From Candidatus Heimdallarchaeota archaeon (GTDB taxonomy: Archaea > Asgardarchaeota > Heimdallarchaeia > Heimdallarchaeales > Heimdallarchaeaceae), in assembly GCA_019057815.1 (NCBI GenBank), contig JAHLWR010000002.1:96001-160000 (forward strand): DNA of 64,000 nucleotides. The letters run 5' to 3'. Positions 29,586 through 39,648 of the stretch are shown piece by piece (positions within the stretch are counted from its first letter, which is position 1; each line of letters opens with the position of its first letter). The position numbers were made by a program, and so were the translations under genes. The notes beneath the pieces are model-generated. The model made no database searches and was not told where the DNA came from. It saw only the letters and a list, made by a program, of their open reading frames with translations.

Positions 29586-29710
29586 AAAAAAAATATGCTG
29601 ATGAGTTATAAAACACTTTTGCCAATTTTAGAAAAGGACTAACAAACAATAAAAGCATAAATCATTACTTATAAGTCTGTGTCAGAGAAAATATCAATTA
29701 GAACGCTTTC

Positions 29711-30133
29711 TTATTGATTTCTTTTCAAAATTCCAACTCTCTCTCTGAGTTGTCCAAAATGACCTATAACATGAAAAATGTTCTGCTTAATAGCATCTTT
29801 AATAGTTGTTTGTTCTCCCCATTGAAAAGCAAATTCTTCCTCTATTTTCTCATTATCAAAATCTTGGATAGCTTGCATCATACGATCAATTGCACAATTT
29901 AAATCATGATTTGGGTCATTTGTTGGGGTATATTTCTTGGAATCTTTTAGAAACCAAGTTCCTGCATCTTCAAATATAGCTTGTACTAAATGATTGAAAG
30001 TTTCAATTATTGTAAACTCAGTTGGTAAGACTCTATAATTCCAAGCTTTTTCTAATTCAATGATCTCAATGGTTTTCAATCCAAAAGCGTGAAGATACTC
30101 CCAAAACTCAATATAAATAGAAATCTGTTTCAT
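29711..30133 (-). CDS. DinB family protein
   Basis: TIIETFNHL ... HVIGHFGQL. Confidence 0.75.
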   Translation of the reverse strand: MKQISIYIEFWEYLHAFGLKTIEIIELEKAWNYRVLPTEFTIIETFNHLVQAIFEDAGTWFLKDSKKYTPTNDPNHDLNCAIDRMMQAIQDFDNEKIEEEFAFQWGEQTTIKDAIKQNIFHVIGHFGQLRERVGILKRNQ

Positions 30134-30279
30134 AAAAGAAATACTTTCTTACAGTTAATTAGGTTTTTTGCCAATTTTAATATATACTTATATCCCATAT
30201 ACAAAGGATGTAAAAAAGAGGAAGCGTTGAAGATTACTCTTATTATTACTTCGTTTCTATTAAGTTTCTGACCGCTGGT

Positions 30280-31851
30280 CTATTTTTTCTTTGTCTTCTT
30301 TGAGATTATCCTTGTGAGTATTAAGGGAACTATTAGCATAATGAGAATAAATGTGAAGTTTGATTGATTTTTATCTGTAGTAGATTCAACTGAATGTACG
30401 GTAGGTTCATCGAGAGGATATAGATCTTCTGAACTTGCAGAACCATCAATAGAATAAGAACCTGTTCCTGACCAATCTGACCAGTAATTACCTTCAAGTG
30501 TTTCAGTACTATACCAATAGTTGTTAGCACCAGAATCATACGCTTGGGAAGTACCACCAAGGTTATTGTCTACAAAGGTATTATGGTGAAAAAGAATATT
30601 ATCAGAAATAGATGAGGAGTATACTCCATATTTCTCATTTTCTTGTAGAAGATTGTAAGTAACGACACAAAAATCAGAAGAGGAAAGATAGATGCCATAG
30701 TTGTCATTGTTGTTGCAAGTGTTGTTGGAAATAGTAGAATTACTAGAATAGTAAAGATAGATGCCAATATCGTTGTTATCGCTGCACATGTTGTTTGTAA
30801 CAGTAGAACTACCAGAATCATCAAGCAAGATGCCTATGCAGTTATTGCTGCAAGTGTTGTTTACGACAGTAGAACTACCAGAATCATCAAGCACGATACC
30901 TCGTAAGTTGTTATCGCAAGTGTTGTTGGAAACAGTATAATCACTAGAAGACAAAAGATAGATACCTCTGTAATTGCTGATGCAAGTGTTGTTAATGACA
31001 GTAGAATCACCAGAAGAGGAAAGAGAGATGCCATCCCTGTTGTTGTTGATGCAAGTGTTGTTGACAACAGTAGAACCAACAGAAGAGGAAAGAGAGATAC
31101 CAATATCATTGTTACTACTACAAGTGTTGTTGGAAATAGTAGAAATAGTAGAAGATAAAAGATAGATTCCGCTGAAGTTGTTGTTGTAGCAAGTGTTGTT
31201 GGAAACAGTCGAACTACCAGACGAGGATAACAAGATGCCATAGTTGTTATTATTGCTGCAAGTGTTGTTAGTAACAGTAGAACCATAAGAAAATCGAAGA
31301 TAGATACCGCTGTAGTTGTTGTTGTTGCAAGCGTTGTTAGTAACAGTAGAAATACTAGAACATAAAAGTTTGATACCATAGTTATTGTTACTGCAAGTGT
31401 TGTTGGAAACGGTAGAAATACCAGAATTCCAAAGATAGATGCCAATATCGTTGTTATTGTTGCACGTATTATTATTGACAGTAGCTGTTACATAAGCGAC
31501 ATCATCGATATAAATGCCATACTTTACTGCGTCAACATAGCAGTTGCGAACAATGAAATATTTTGTTGTATCAGTAATATAAATACCATTTTGACTCGTT
31601 GTTATAATATTGTAACCCTCAATAAGATAAGGATCCTCGACAGTTCCTGTTCCTGGAAAAACTTCAAAATCGCTGTCACTTGTTATTTCAATAGGATCAT
31701 GAGATATTAATGCAAAAGATATATAGTTAGCAGAAGAAGACAATACAGAATCGAATTTGACTGTTGTATTATTATTGCTAAATAAAAATATTATTATCAA
31801 TAAACCTATTAAAAATATATTAGTTATAGTTAAGTGTTTTTTTGACATCAT
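30280..31851 (-). CDS. Parallel beta-helix (NosD/pectin-lyase-like) surface protein
   Basis: GTGTVEDPYLIE; ~13 GIxLxxSxxSTVxNNTCxNN repeats; GNYWSD; TM and KKTKKK tail. Confidence 0.88.
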   Translation of the reverse strand: MMSKKHLTITNIFLIGLLIIIFLFSNNNTTVKFDSVLSSSANYISFALISHDPIEITSDSDFEVFPGTGTVEDPYLIEGYNIITTSQNGIYITDTTKYFIVRNCYVDAVKYGIYIDDVAYVTATVNNNTCNNNNDIGIYLWNSGISTVSNNTCSNNNYGIKLLCSSISTVTNNACNNNNYSGIYLRFSYGSTVTNNTCSNNNNYGILLSSSGSSTVSNNTCYNNNFSGIYLLSSTISTISNNTCSSNNDIGISLSSSVGSTVVNNTCINNNRDGISLSSSGDSTVINNTCISNYRGIYLLSSSDYTVSNNTCDNNLRGIVLDDSGSSTVVNNTCSNNCIGILLDDSGSSTVTNNMCSDNNDIGIYLYYSSNSTISNNTCNNNDNYGIYLSSSDFCVVTYNLLQENEKYGVYSSSISDNILFHHNTFVDNNLGGTSQAYDSGANNYWYSTETLEGNYWSDWSGTGSYSIDGSASSEDLYPLDEPTVHSVESTTDKNQSNFTFILIMLIVPLILTRIISKKTKKK

Positions 31852-31913
31852 TTTTCCATTATCCCCATTGAAATTCTACTTGATTGACACTTTTTAAGTT
31901 CCACCCCAAATAG

Positions 31914-33464
31914 TTATTTTTTCTTTGTCTTCTTTGAGATTATCCTTGTGAGTAATAAGGGAACTACTAATATTAGAAGAGTAAGTGTGAAGTTTAATGG
32001 GTTTTCATCTGTAGTAGATTCAATTGAAGTGTGTTCAGTTGTAGTATGGTCAATAACTTCATCAAGAGGGTAAAGATCGAATGCTCCAGCTGAACCATCA
32101 ATATAATAGTAACCTGTTCCCGACCAATCTGACCAAAAATTTCCTTCATTAGTGATTACATCACACCAGATATTATTATTTCCATCATCATACGCTTGGG
32201 AAGTTCCTACTAGATAATTGTCTACAAAGGTATTATGGTGAATATGATTATTATCAGAACTAGATTCTATGTATATTCCATAACCTTCATTTTCTTGCAG
32301 AAGATTGTAAGTAACGACACAAAAATCAGAAGAGGAAAGAGAGATACCTTCAAAGTTATTATTGATGCAAGTGTTGTTGGAAACAGTAGAACTACTAGTA
32401 TGGTAAAACCAGATGCCTCTCCAGTCGTTGTTGCAAGTGTTGTTGAAAACAGTAGAATTAGCAGAATAGGAAAGCCCGATGCCAATGAAGTAGTTATTGA
32501 TGCAAGTGTTGCTGGAAACAGTAGAACTAATAGAAGTGGAAAGAGAGATGCCGTACTGATTATTGTTACATGTGTTATTGGAAATAGTAGAACTATCAGA
32601 ATAATAAAGAAAAATACCTCTGTAGTTGCTGCTACAAGTGTTGTCGGAAACAGTAGAGGAAGAAGAATTGTCGAGAAAGATGCCAATATCGTTGTTATTG
32701 TTGCAAGTGTTGTTGGAAACAGTAGAACTATCAGAATTGTCGAGAAAGATGCCAACATCGCCATTGTTGCAAGTGTTGTCTATAATAGTTGAATATGTAC
32801 AAGAGTAGAGAAATAGACCAGTTGTAGCATTATTTAATATTTGGTTACGCACTGTAACATTAGTACAATTGACTAATATTAATTGACCATAAACTGGTTC
32901 AGTAATTATCGTAGAGTCAAGGTTAGTGTAAAAACCTAGTTTTTTACCATTCACCCAATTATTTTCTATAGCATACGATAGGTAAGCATCAATGGTATAT
33001 TCGTATATCTCTAAACCACAATTAGTAAAAGTGTTGTTGGAAATAGTAGAGTTCCCAGAACGCCAAAGCTTGATGCCACCATAGTCATTGTTGCTACATG
33101 TGTTGTTGGAAATAGTTGCTGTTCCATCAGCTACATACCTGATATAAATGCCATGGGATATTGCGTCAACATAGCAGTTACGAATAATAAAATAATTAGT
33201 TGTATTATAGATATAAATCCCAGCATATTCTGTTGTTATAATTTCCAACCCTTCAATAATATAAGGATCTTCAGCTGTTCCTGTTCCTGGAAAACTGTAA
33301 TCGGTGAAATTATCGTCAGAAATTATTTCAATTGATTCATGGGATGTCAATTCTAACGAAGTAGTTCTATAATCGTCCTCTTCAGCGGTTATTTGTACAA
33401 TGAAATTCGATGCGTAAACTGAGAATGTCAGTATTAGTAGAACTGATATTGCTTTATTTTTCAT
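31914..33464 (-). CDS. Parallel beta-helix surface protein, tandem paralog
   Basis: Same architecture plus the insert NNWVNGKK...GQLILVNC; near-identical 3' end to 30280-31851. Confidence 0.88.
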   Translation of the reverse strand: MKNKAISVLLILTFSVYASNFIVQITAEEDDYRTTSLELTSHESIEIISDDNFTDYSFPGTGTAEDPYIIEGLEIITTEYAGIYIYNTTNYFIIRNCYVDAISHGIYIRYVADGTATISNNTCSNNDYGGIKLWRSGNSTISNNTFTNCGLEIYEYTIDAYLSYAIENNWVNGKKLGFYTNLDSTIITEPVYGQLILVNCTNVTVRNQILNNATTGLFLYSCTYSTIIDNTCNNGDVGIFLDNSDSSTVSNNTCNNNNDIGIFLDNSSSSTVSDNTCSSNYRGIFLYYSDSSTISNNTCNNNQYGISLSTSISSTVSSNTCINNYFIGIGLSYSANSTVFNNTCNNDWRGIWFYHTSSSTVSNNTCINNNFEGISLSSSDFCVVTYNLLQENEGYGIYIESSSDNNHIHHNTFVDNYLVGTSQAYDDGNNNIWCDVITNEGNFWSDWSGTGYYYIDGSAGAFDLYPLDEVIDHTTTEHTSIESTTDENPLNFTLTLLILVVPLLLTRIISKKTKKK

Positions 33465-34067
33465 AAAATCACACTTATCTAAACTCTTTATTGAATATAT
33501 CTTTTATGCAATAGATTCTTCTGTTGATAATCCTAACTAAAATATTTTTCGAGTCTATAAACCAATTTGGGAATAATTAAGTATACTCATTCGTTCTAAT
33601 ATCTTCCTATCTTCAAAAAATCAAAAAAGATGAGTTTCTCGACTACAATATTAACACTTTCAGAGGTTTTTCTACTGAAAGATTGGAATCTTTCCAATAC
33701 AAGAATCTTCAAGAGACAAATCTATGTGAAGATAATAGATTGGAAGCGGAAAAGGATAAAAAGGAGCTAACAAATTAAAATTAAGTTATAGATAATGATA
33801 AAAATAAAATTGTCTTTTTCGTATGTTTTCTTTGAACGATTATAGTTGGAATCTTGGAATTTCTTGGTTTTAGAGCCCCAGTTCTATTAGTATCCCAAAC
33901 AATTAAAAATTATTAAACAGAAACAATTCAGATTAAACCAAAAAAACAGTTAAAGGTCAAATTTATTTCATTAGGAGGTTTATCAACGAAATTAAAAGCA
34001 GAAAACAGTATCTTTATAAAAAAAAGTTAAGAGCTTCGTATAACTAGATTATTGAAAGGGATAAAGT

Positions 34068-36284
34068 ATGGTTCGCGTAAAGAACGCTGAAGAAATTAGA
34101 GATATGATAAAACATCACCCAATGGATTTAAGACGGGTATTTACTATCGCAGCTCACATTGACCATGGAAAAACAACCACTAGTGATTTTTTGCTTAGAA
34201 GAGCAGGTTTGATGTCTGATGCTGACGCTGGAAAAAAAGTTATGATGGACAGCGATGAGGAAGAACAAGAAAGAGGAATTACAATTTTTACTAGTGTGGT
34301 TCTTCTAAATTATGACTATGGTGATAAACAATATCTTTTTGAGATTAATGACACTCCAGGTCACATCAGCTTTACTGGTGAGGTGTCCCGTGCTTTACGC
34401 GGAAGTGATGGTGTCATTCTCTTAGTTGATGCTCTTGAAGGTGTGATGACCCAAACTGAGACTAATATCCGTCTTAGTATTGGCGAGATGTGTAAACCTG
34501 TCTTATTTATCAACAAGGTTGATCGTCTCATTTCTGAATTGCGTTTAGCTCCTAAGGATGTCTTTTCTAAGATTGATTCTATTATCTCACAGGTAAACAG
34601 ATTAATTAAAGCATGTGCTCCCAAAGACTTGGCTAAAGAATGGCAAGTTTCCTTTGTTAATGATTCCGTCTCTGTTGGAAGCGCAAAAGATGGATGGGCT
34701 TTTAATATGTCCACCCTTAAACGATTAGAAATCAGACCTCAAATAGTCTTTGAAAAATATGCCGAAGATAACAAGGATTGGCTAAAGACTGAACTTCCTC
34801 TCGAGGATCCTCTTCTTGAAATGGTTATTAAACACCTGCCCAATCCTGTTGAAGGTCAAAAATTGAAAATACCTCATATCTGGTCTGGTGATCTTGAGAG
34901 TGAAGTAGGTAAATCCTTGATAGAATGCGATCCAAACGGACCATTACTAGGTATGATTACAAAAATATTCATTGATCCTAAGTCTAAAAGGCCGACACTT
35001 ATTGGGCGAGTTTTTTCAGGAACACTTAGGAACTCAGATATATTGTATTTAGTTGGTAAAAAGACTAAGGTAAAAATAAAAAGATTGGGAGTTATGGAAA
35101 TTACTGACATTCTTGATGTTGATGAAGTTCCTGCTGGAAACTTATTTGCTATTTATGGTTTTATTTGCCCTGCTGGTGAAACATTCGTTTTAGATGGTGA
35201 ACAAGAGAAAATCACCGTTTTTGAGGAAATCTCTTATGTAGCTGAACCTGTAGTTAGTCGAACAATTAAACCTAAAGATCCAAAAGACATAGCGAAATTG
35301 GGCGAAGTTGTTTCCAAATGGATAATGGCCGATCCAACAGCAACTTTTAGACATGATGAAGAATCAAAGACTTATGTTCTTTCAGGAATTGATCCTCTAC
35401 AAATCGAAATCTTGGTCACAAGAATTCGAGAGCAAGTAGAAATAGAAGTCAGTGATCCTATAGTTGTCTATAGAGAACTACCTACGACCAGAGGAATAGA
35501 TGTTCATTCAAAATCACCAAATGGTCATAACAGATTGCTAATTCACATAGAACCATTAGATAACAAAGCTATGGCATTATTCAAGAGCGGAAAAGTAAAC
35601 ATGGATCAAGACAGAAGGACGAGAGCACAAATTCTACAAGAAGAAGCAGGATGGGAAGCAAAAGTAGCTAGAAGGATATGGACAATAAGCGAGACAAACG
35701 TATTAATTGATGCATCAACAGGAGTCCAAAGATTAGATAATATTAAACAATATATCATTCAAGTTTTCATTGATTTCTGCAATGGATCAACACTAGCAAA
35801 AGAGCCACTAATGGGAAGTAAATATATCATAACAGATGCAACAGTACATGTAGATCCAGCACATACTGGTTTTACTGAAATTTTTCAAATGGCTTTAGCT
35901 GGTTACCACACAACCTTCCTAACAAGCGATCCTCATATACTAGAACCTATACTAATGATTGATATCAAAGTCCCTTCCGAATATGTAGGTAATATGTCTA
36001 AAGTTATTACTCAACATCGTGGAATTATTCAAGAAATGACTCAAGAAGGTGAAAATACTTTGATAAAAGGAAAGATCCCTACAGCTGAAACAATAGATTT
36101 AGCAGATGAAATACGAAGTAACAGCTCGGGAAGAGCTTTCTTTGGTTACCAATTCTTAGGTTTTGAACCAGTACCTAAAAATCTTGAAAAAGAATTAATA
36201 GAAAGTATTAGAGCGAGAAAAGAATTACCTCCAGACATTCCAGATGTTTCAAACTGGGATCGATTTATGTACAGACGCACATAA
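34068..36284 (+). CDS. Translation elongation factor 2 family GTPase, divergent stand-alone paralog (aEF-2p-like)
   Basis: AHIDHGKTT, RGITI, DTPGH, NKVD, KSPNGHN, LEP; diphthamide loop HVDPAHTG; not flanked by ribosomal protein genes. Confidence 0.88.
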   Translation: MVRVKNAEEIRDMIKHHPMDLRRVFTIAAHIDHGKTTTSDFLLRRAGLMSDADAGKKVMMDSDEEEQERGITIFTSVVLLNYDYGDKQYLFEINDTPGHISFTGEVSRALRGSDGVILLVDALEGVMTQTETNIRLSIGEMCKPVLFINKVDRLISELRLAPKDVFSKIDSIISQVNRLIKACAPKDLAKEWQVSFVNDSVSVGSAKDGWAFNMSTLKRLEIRPQIVFEKYAEDNKDWLKTELPLEDPLLEMVIKHLPNPVEGQKLKIPHIWSGDLESEVGKSLIECDPNGPLLGMITKIFIDPKSKRPTLIGRVFSGTLRNSDILYLVGKKTKVKIKRLGVMEITDILDVDEVPAGNLFAIYGFICPAGETFVLDGEQEKITVFEEISYVAEPVVSRTIKPKDPKDIAKLGEVVSKWIMADPTATFRHDEESKTYVLSGIDPLQIEILVTRIREQVEIEVSDPIVVYRELPTTRGIDVHSKSPNGHNRLLIHIEPLDNKAMALFKSGKVNMDQDRRTRAQILQEEAGWEAKVARRIWTISETNVLIDASTGVQRLDNIKQYIIQVFIDFCNGSTLAKEPLMGSKYIITDATVHVDPAHTGFTEIFQMALAGYHTTFLTSDPHILEPILMIDIKVPSEYVGNMSKVITQHRGIIQEMTQEGENTLIKGKIPTAETIDLADEIRSNSSGRAFFGYQFLGFEPVPKNLEKELIESIRARKELPPDIPDVSNWDRFMYRRT

Positions 36285-36423
36285 CATCTCTTTTTCTTCT
36301 TTACTTATTCATCCTTTCATTTTTCTCTTAAACGTCATTTCTAAAATCTTCATAAACTCCTCCACCTGAAGGAAAAGGACTCCTGTTATATTCAGTTAAA
36401 AAATGGTGTGAATATGTTATTGC

Positions 36424-38031
36424 TTATTCTTCTTTTGCACTCAGTTGCTCACGTAATTTTTGATAGAACAGCTCATCTTCATCACCTATTGGCGAAAGTC
36501 CACCTTCTGTTACAACCCCTGTTCGTTCCACTTCTTGGTATTGTTTTTCTGCATCTAGCACAGGTTCAATAGCTGATTCTAATCTTGATGAAAGTCTCTC
36601 TTGTATGAAACCTATTAACACAGTAAAGAGAAGTATGAACACTACAATTGGAATAAGTAGCAACACTACGCCTTCAGGTTCATACATTTCTAAGGAATTG
36701 TATATTGAGGCCGGATAGCGCAGTACAAAGAGTAGTACATTTGGATTCAAAATTGCATATAATCCAGCAATCATTATCCCTACTCTAAACACTACAGAAA
36801 ATAACACATAGACAATCGTCATTAGCGGAGATATCGCCACTGAAGCTCCTACTAGCTTGTCATCTATTCTTGAATCACTTGCTACTAGACCATCATGATA
36901 TCTTTGGAGTCTACTCGTGAGCTTGTCTTTTTGTCCTCCAGGTTTTGCGAAAAGCGAATCTGATGCTTTGTCAATCATGAGAGCTACACCTGCAAAACCA
37001 AATTTTCTTGATACAGAGCTCCCTGTACTTGTGATTGATCTAGAGGCTTGTTTTTCATCAGAATCTTTGCCTTCAACTTCTTCAGCTACTTCAGGTGTTA
37101 ACTTTGCTGAATCAGTAGACACTATGCCTAGCCTGAAATCTTTCAACCTATCTAAAGCCCGTAACACACGCTGGTGCCTGTTCTGTGTGGGGTTGAGAAT
37201 CTTTGAAATATACGATATTTGGAGTGAGATTTCCAAAAACATATACGAAGCTAAAGCCACCATAACAACATTTGAACTAAACATATCTCCGATATTACTG
37301 GAAGGAGTGAAGGAAAATACATCTGGAGAATCTTGCCTAAAGAGGAGTTGAACACTGCTATAAAAAACAATAAATTGTGACAGAACAAATGCTGTAGCAG
37401 CTGAACGCATATCAGCACGGAAGATAAAAGCAAGAATAGCTATTCCTAAGAGAATAATAGCAAACCAAAGAAGAGATGCACGGTTAATAGCTTTCAATGT
37501 TTCTCCTTCCAAACTAAAAATGCTACTGAAGTATTTTCCAAAGGGAGAAAAGAGAAAATCTGGAACTGTAGCGCTAGAAGGAACAGCAAACAGATCATCA
37601 AGCCCTAAATTACTAATCGCATTTTGCATCGCAACAGGAACATCAACATTATTGAAAAGATCAGCACTGAGAAAGGCTCTGACAGTATTTAATATAGCCA
37701 CTGCATCTTGAGGAGAACCAGGTGGAGCATTAGCTGCATTAACAATAGGTATCAATACAAGGAAGGGGAGAGTAAAGAGAACGATAACTATAAGCTCGAT
37801 GAAAATAAAAATCAGTTTGAGAGTATCAAGAAGATGACCTTCAGGGAATTTAGCAGGATTTTCAAAATCAATGAGATCAAAGAGCGTTATTGATAACCAT
37901 ACAATAGCTCCAACAGCTATAAGGCGACCAATGACGTTGGTTGCCACATTTTGTATACGAGCACCACGTAGACGTCGCTGGACACCGCGGATACCGAGGT
38001 CAATGAAACCAGAATCTGAAAGAGAGTCCAT
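36424..38031 (-). CDS. Polytopic membrane protein, last gene of MoxR module 1
   Basis: About 7 TMs with a large cytoplasmic loop; 7 nt downstream of the DUF58 gene. Confidence 0.7.
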   Translation of the reverse strand: MDSLSDSGFIDLGIRGVQRRLRGARIQNVATNVIGRLIAVGAIVWLSITLFDLIDFENPAKFPEGHLLDTLKLIFIFIELIVIVLFTLPFLVLIPIVNAANAPPGSPQDAVAILNTVRAFLSADLFNNVDVPVAMQNAISNLGLDDLFAVPSSATVPDFLFSPFGKYFSSIFSLEGETLKAINRASLLWFAIILLGIAILAFIFRADMRSAATAFVLSQFIVFYSSVQLLFRQDSPDVFSFTPSSNIGDMFSSNVVMVALASYMFLEISLQISYISKILNPTQNRHQRVLRALDRLKDFRLGIVSTDSAKLTPEVAEEVEGKDSDEKQASRSITSTGSSVSRKFGFAGVALMIDKASDSLFAKPGGQKDKLTSRLQRYHDGLVASDSRIDDKLVGASVAISPLMTIVYVLFSVVFRVGIMIAGLYAILNPNVLLFVLRYPASIYNSLEMYEPEGVVLLLIPIVVFILLFTVLIGFIQERLSSRLESAIEPVLDAEKQYQEVERTGVVTEGGLSPIGDEDELFYQKLREQLSAKEE

Positions 38032-38038
38032 ACCATAA

Positions 38039-39481
38039 TCACCCTTGACGTTGCATTCGATTGAATTGAGCTAAAACTGTTGGCATAAAATCATCAGGAC
38101 CAACAGAAACGGAAGTTGCATCAAAGCCACGGAGAGCTTTAAACATAATTTGGCGCTCACCAAGCTGTTTTTCAACAAGTGCATGACCAATCATCTGCTC
38201 AACAGGAGAAAGCTGCTGAGAAACGATTTCAAACCAAGGACCGAAGGGAGAGACAACAGTAATGTTATGTTTACGAGCACGAGCACGACGAACAGCCGGA
38301 ATAATCTTTTGAGGATGCGATTCAAGGTCAGAAATTACAATTAAGTAAGCAGAACGCTTAACACGTTGAAGAATAAAGTCAACAGCATTCTCAAGATCAC
38401 CTTCACCCTCAGGTTTAGCATGAGCTAAAGCTTCAAGAAATTGGAAAAGTTGTGCTCGGACACCGGTAAGCTCAATAAAAGCACGAACCTTGGAATCATA
38501 AATACATAAAGCAACAAGATCTTTTTTCTCAAAAGCAAGATGGATAAAAAGAACAGCACTACGAATGGCATACTCAAGTTTAGTATTTCGAGGAAGACCA
38601 GCACCCATACTAGCAGAAGAATCAAGAATGATAACGACTCGAATGTTTTGCTCAGCTTCATACTCACGAACCATCATTTTCTGAGTACGACTATAAGCTT
38701 TCCAATCTATAAACTTGAATGCGTCACCAGTTTGATATTCGCGGATACCAAAAAAGTCAGTACCCATACCCTTTATTTTAGTGCGGTGGAAACCAAAAAG
38801 GAGACCAAGTTGTCTCTTCTTGCCAATCATCTCCATTTTGCGAATATCCTCGTACGATGGATACACAAGTATAGACGTCTTTGTTTTTATCTCTCCTTCC
38901 GTTGCATAGAATCCCATTCTATCTCTAATTATGACTTTAGTTGGACCTATATCAAACTCTCCTCTTATTGGAATCCTTACAATATAACCAAACGTTATTT
39001 CTTCTCTTGGATTCAATTGTGTTACGATAAAGTTTTCTCCTAAAATTAGATCAAATACTTCTGGTATAGCATCATATATTTCGATTGTAGGTATTTGGTT
39101 TACTGATTTGTTTCTTGCTGTAACTTCTATGTAAACATAATCTCCAGCAAAGGCTTTTGTTTTAGCTACTCTTCTCTTTATCTCAATACTTTTCGGGTTT
39201 GCTCCTAGTCTATAAAATGGCAGTCCTAATAGTACTGAAAATATTAGCATTACTCCCGCTATTATAAAATACCAAATTAATGTTGCATCTTTCACGTAAA
39301 AGTGGACTATGTCCATAATTCCGAAACCTTGTGCTTCTGCTGTCGACCCCTCAAGTGTTATTGGTTCTGATGTAAAGGAAGCTATTATATTATTCAGTGA
39401 CAAATATCCCGCTAACGCGAAACCAATTGAAATCATTACAATTCCAGCAAAAACTAGCCATCCGCCTCTACGTGTGAACAT
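38039..39481 (-). CDS. DUF58 (vWA-like) protein, MoxR partner
   Basis: LVYP, GTDFFGIREYQTGD, IDWKA, VREYE, LDSSASM, ISDL; two N-terminal TMs. Confidence 0.9.
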   Translation of the reverse strand: MFTRRGGWLVFAGIVMISIGFALAGYLSLNNIIASFTSEPITLEGSTAEAQGFGIMDIVHFYVKDATLIWYFIIAGVMLIFSVLLGLPFYRLGANPKSIEIKRRVAKTKAFAGDYVYIEVTARNKSVNQIPTIEIYDAIPEVFDLILGENFIVTQLNPREEITFGYIVRIPIRGEFDIGPTKVIIRDRMGFYATEGEIKTKTSILVYPSYEDIRKMEMIGKKRQLGLLFGFHRTKIKGMGTDFFGIREYQTGDAFKFIDWKAYSRTQKMMVREYEAEQNIRVVIILDSSASMGAGLPRNTKLEYAIRSAVLFIHLAFEKKDLVALCIYDSKVRAFIELTGVRAQLFQFLEALAHAKPEGEGDLENAVDFILQRVKRSAYLIVISDLESHPQKIIPAVRRARARKHNITVVSPFGPWFEIVSQQLSPVEQMIGHALVEKQLGERQIMFKALRGFDATSVSVGPDDFMPTVLAQFNRMQRQG

Positions 39482-39648
39482 TCTTGTCTACACCTAATAT
39501 TTTCAATTCACTTATTCTAATTATAGTTCTTATATTTTTCCCAACTAGGAATACTTTACTGATTAACTTATGTTTTCTCCACTCTGAGAAGAGAAAGGAG
39601 AAAGTTTTGTCACTTACCTACTTACGACTTGTTTTCATCTTTTTTTCT

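Noticed and set aside
30570-32808. Regularly spaced repeats resembling a CRISPR array, and several alternative-frame ORFs
   Set aside because: The 66/69-bp period is in frame with beta-helix coils, the 'spacers' are homologous to each other, and there are no cas genes. The extra ORFs are shadows of the repeats
30280-33464. AAC-rich paralogous segments as a possible diversity-generating retroelement
   Set aside because: No reverse transcriptase in the window, and the differences are not adenine-specific
33465-34067. 600-bp intergenic region as a possible RNA gene or element
   Set aside because: AT-rich, with only short inverted repeats and no recognisable RNA, ORF or terminal repeats
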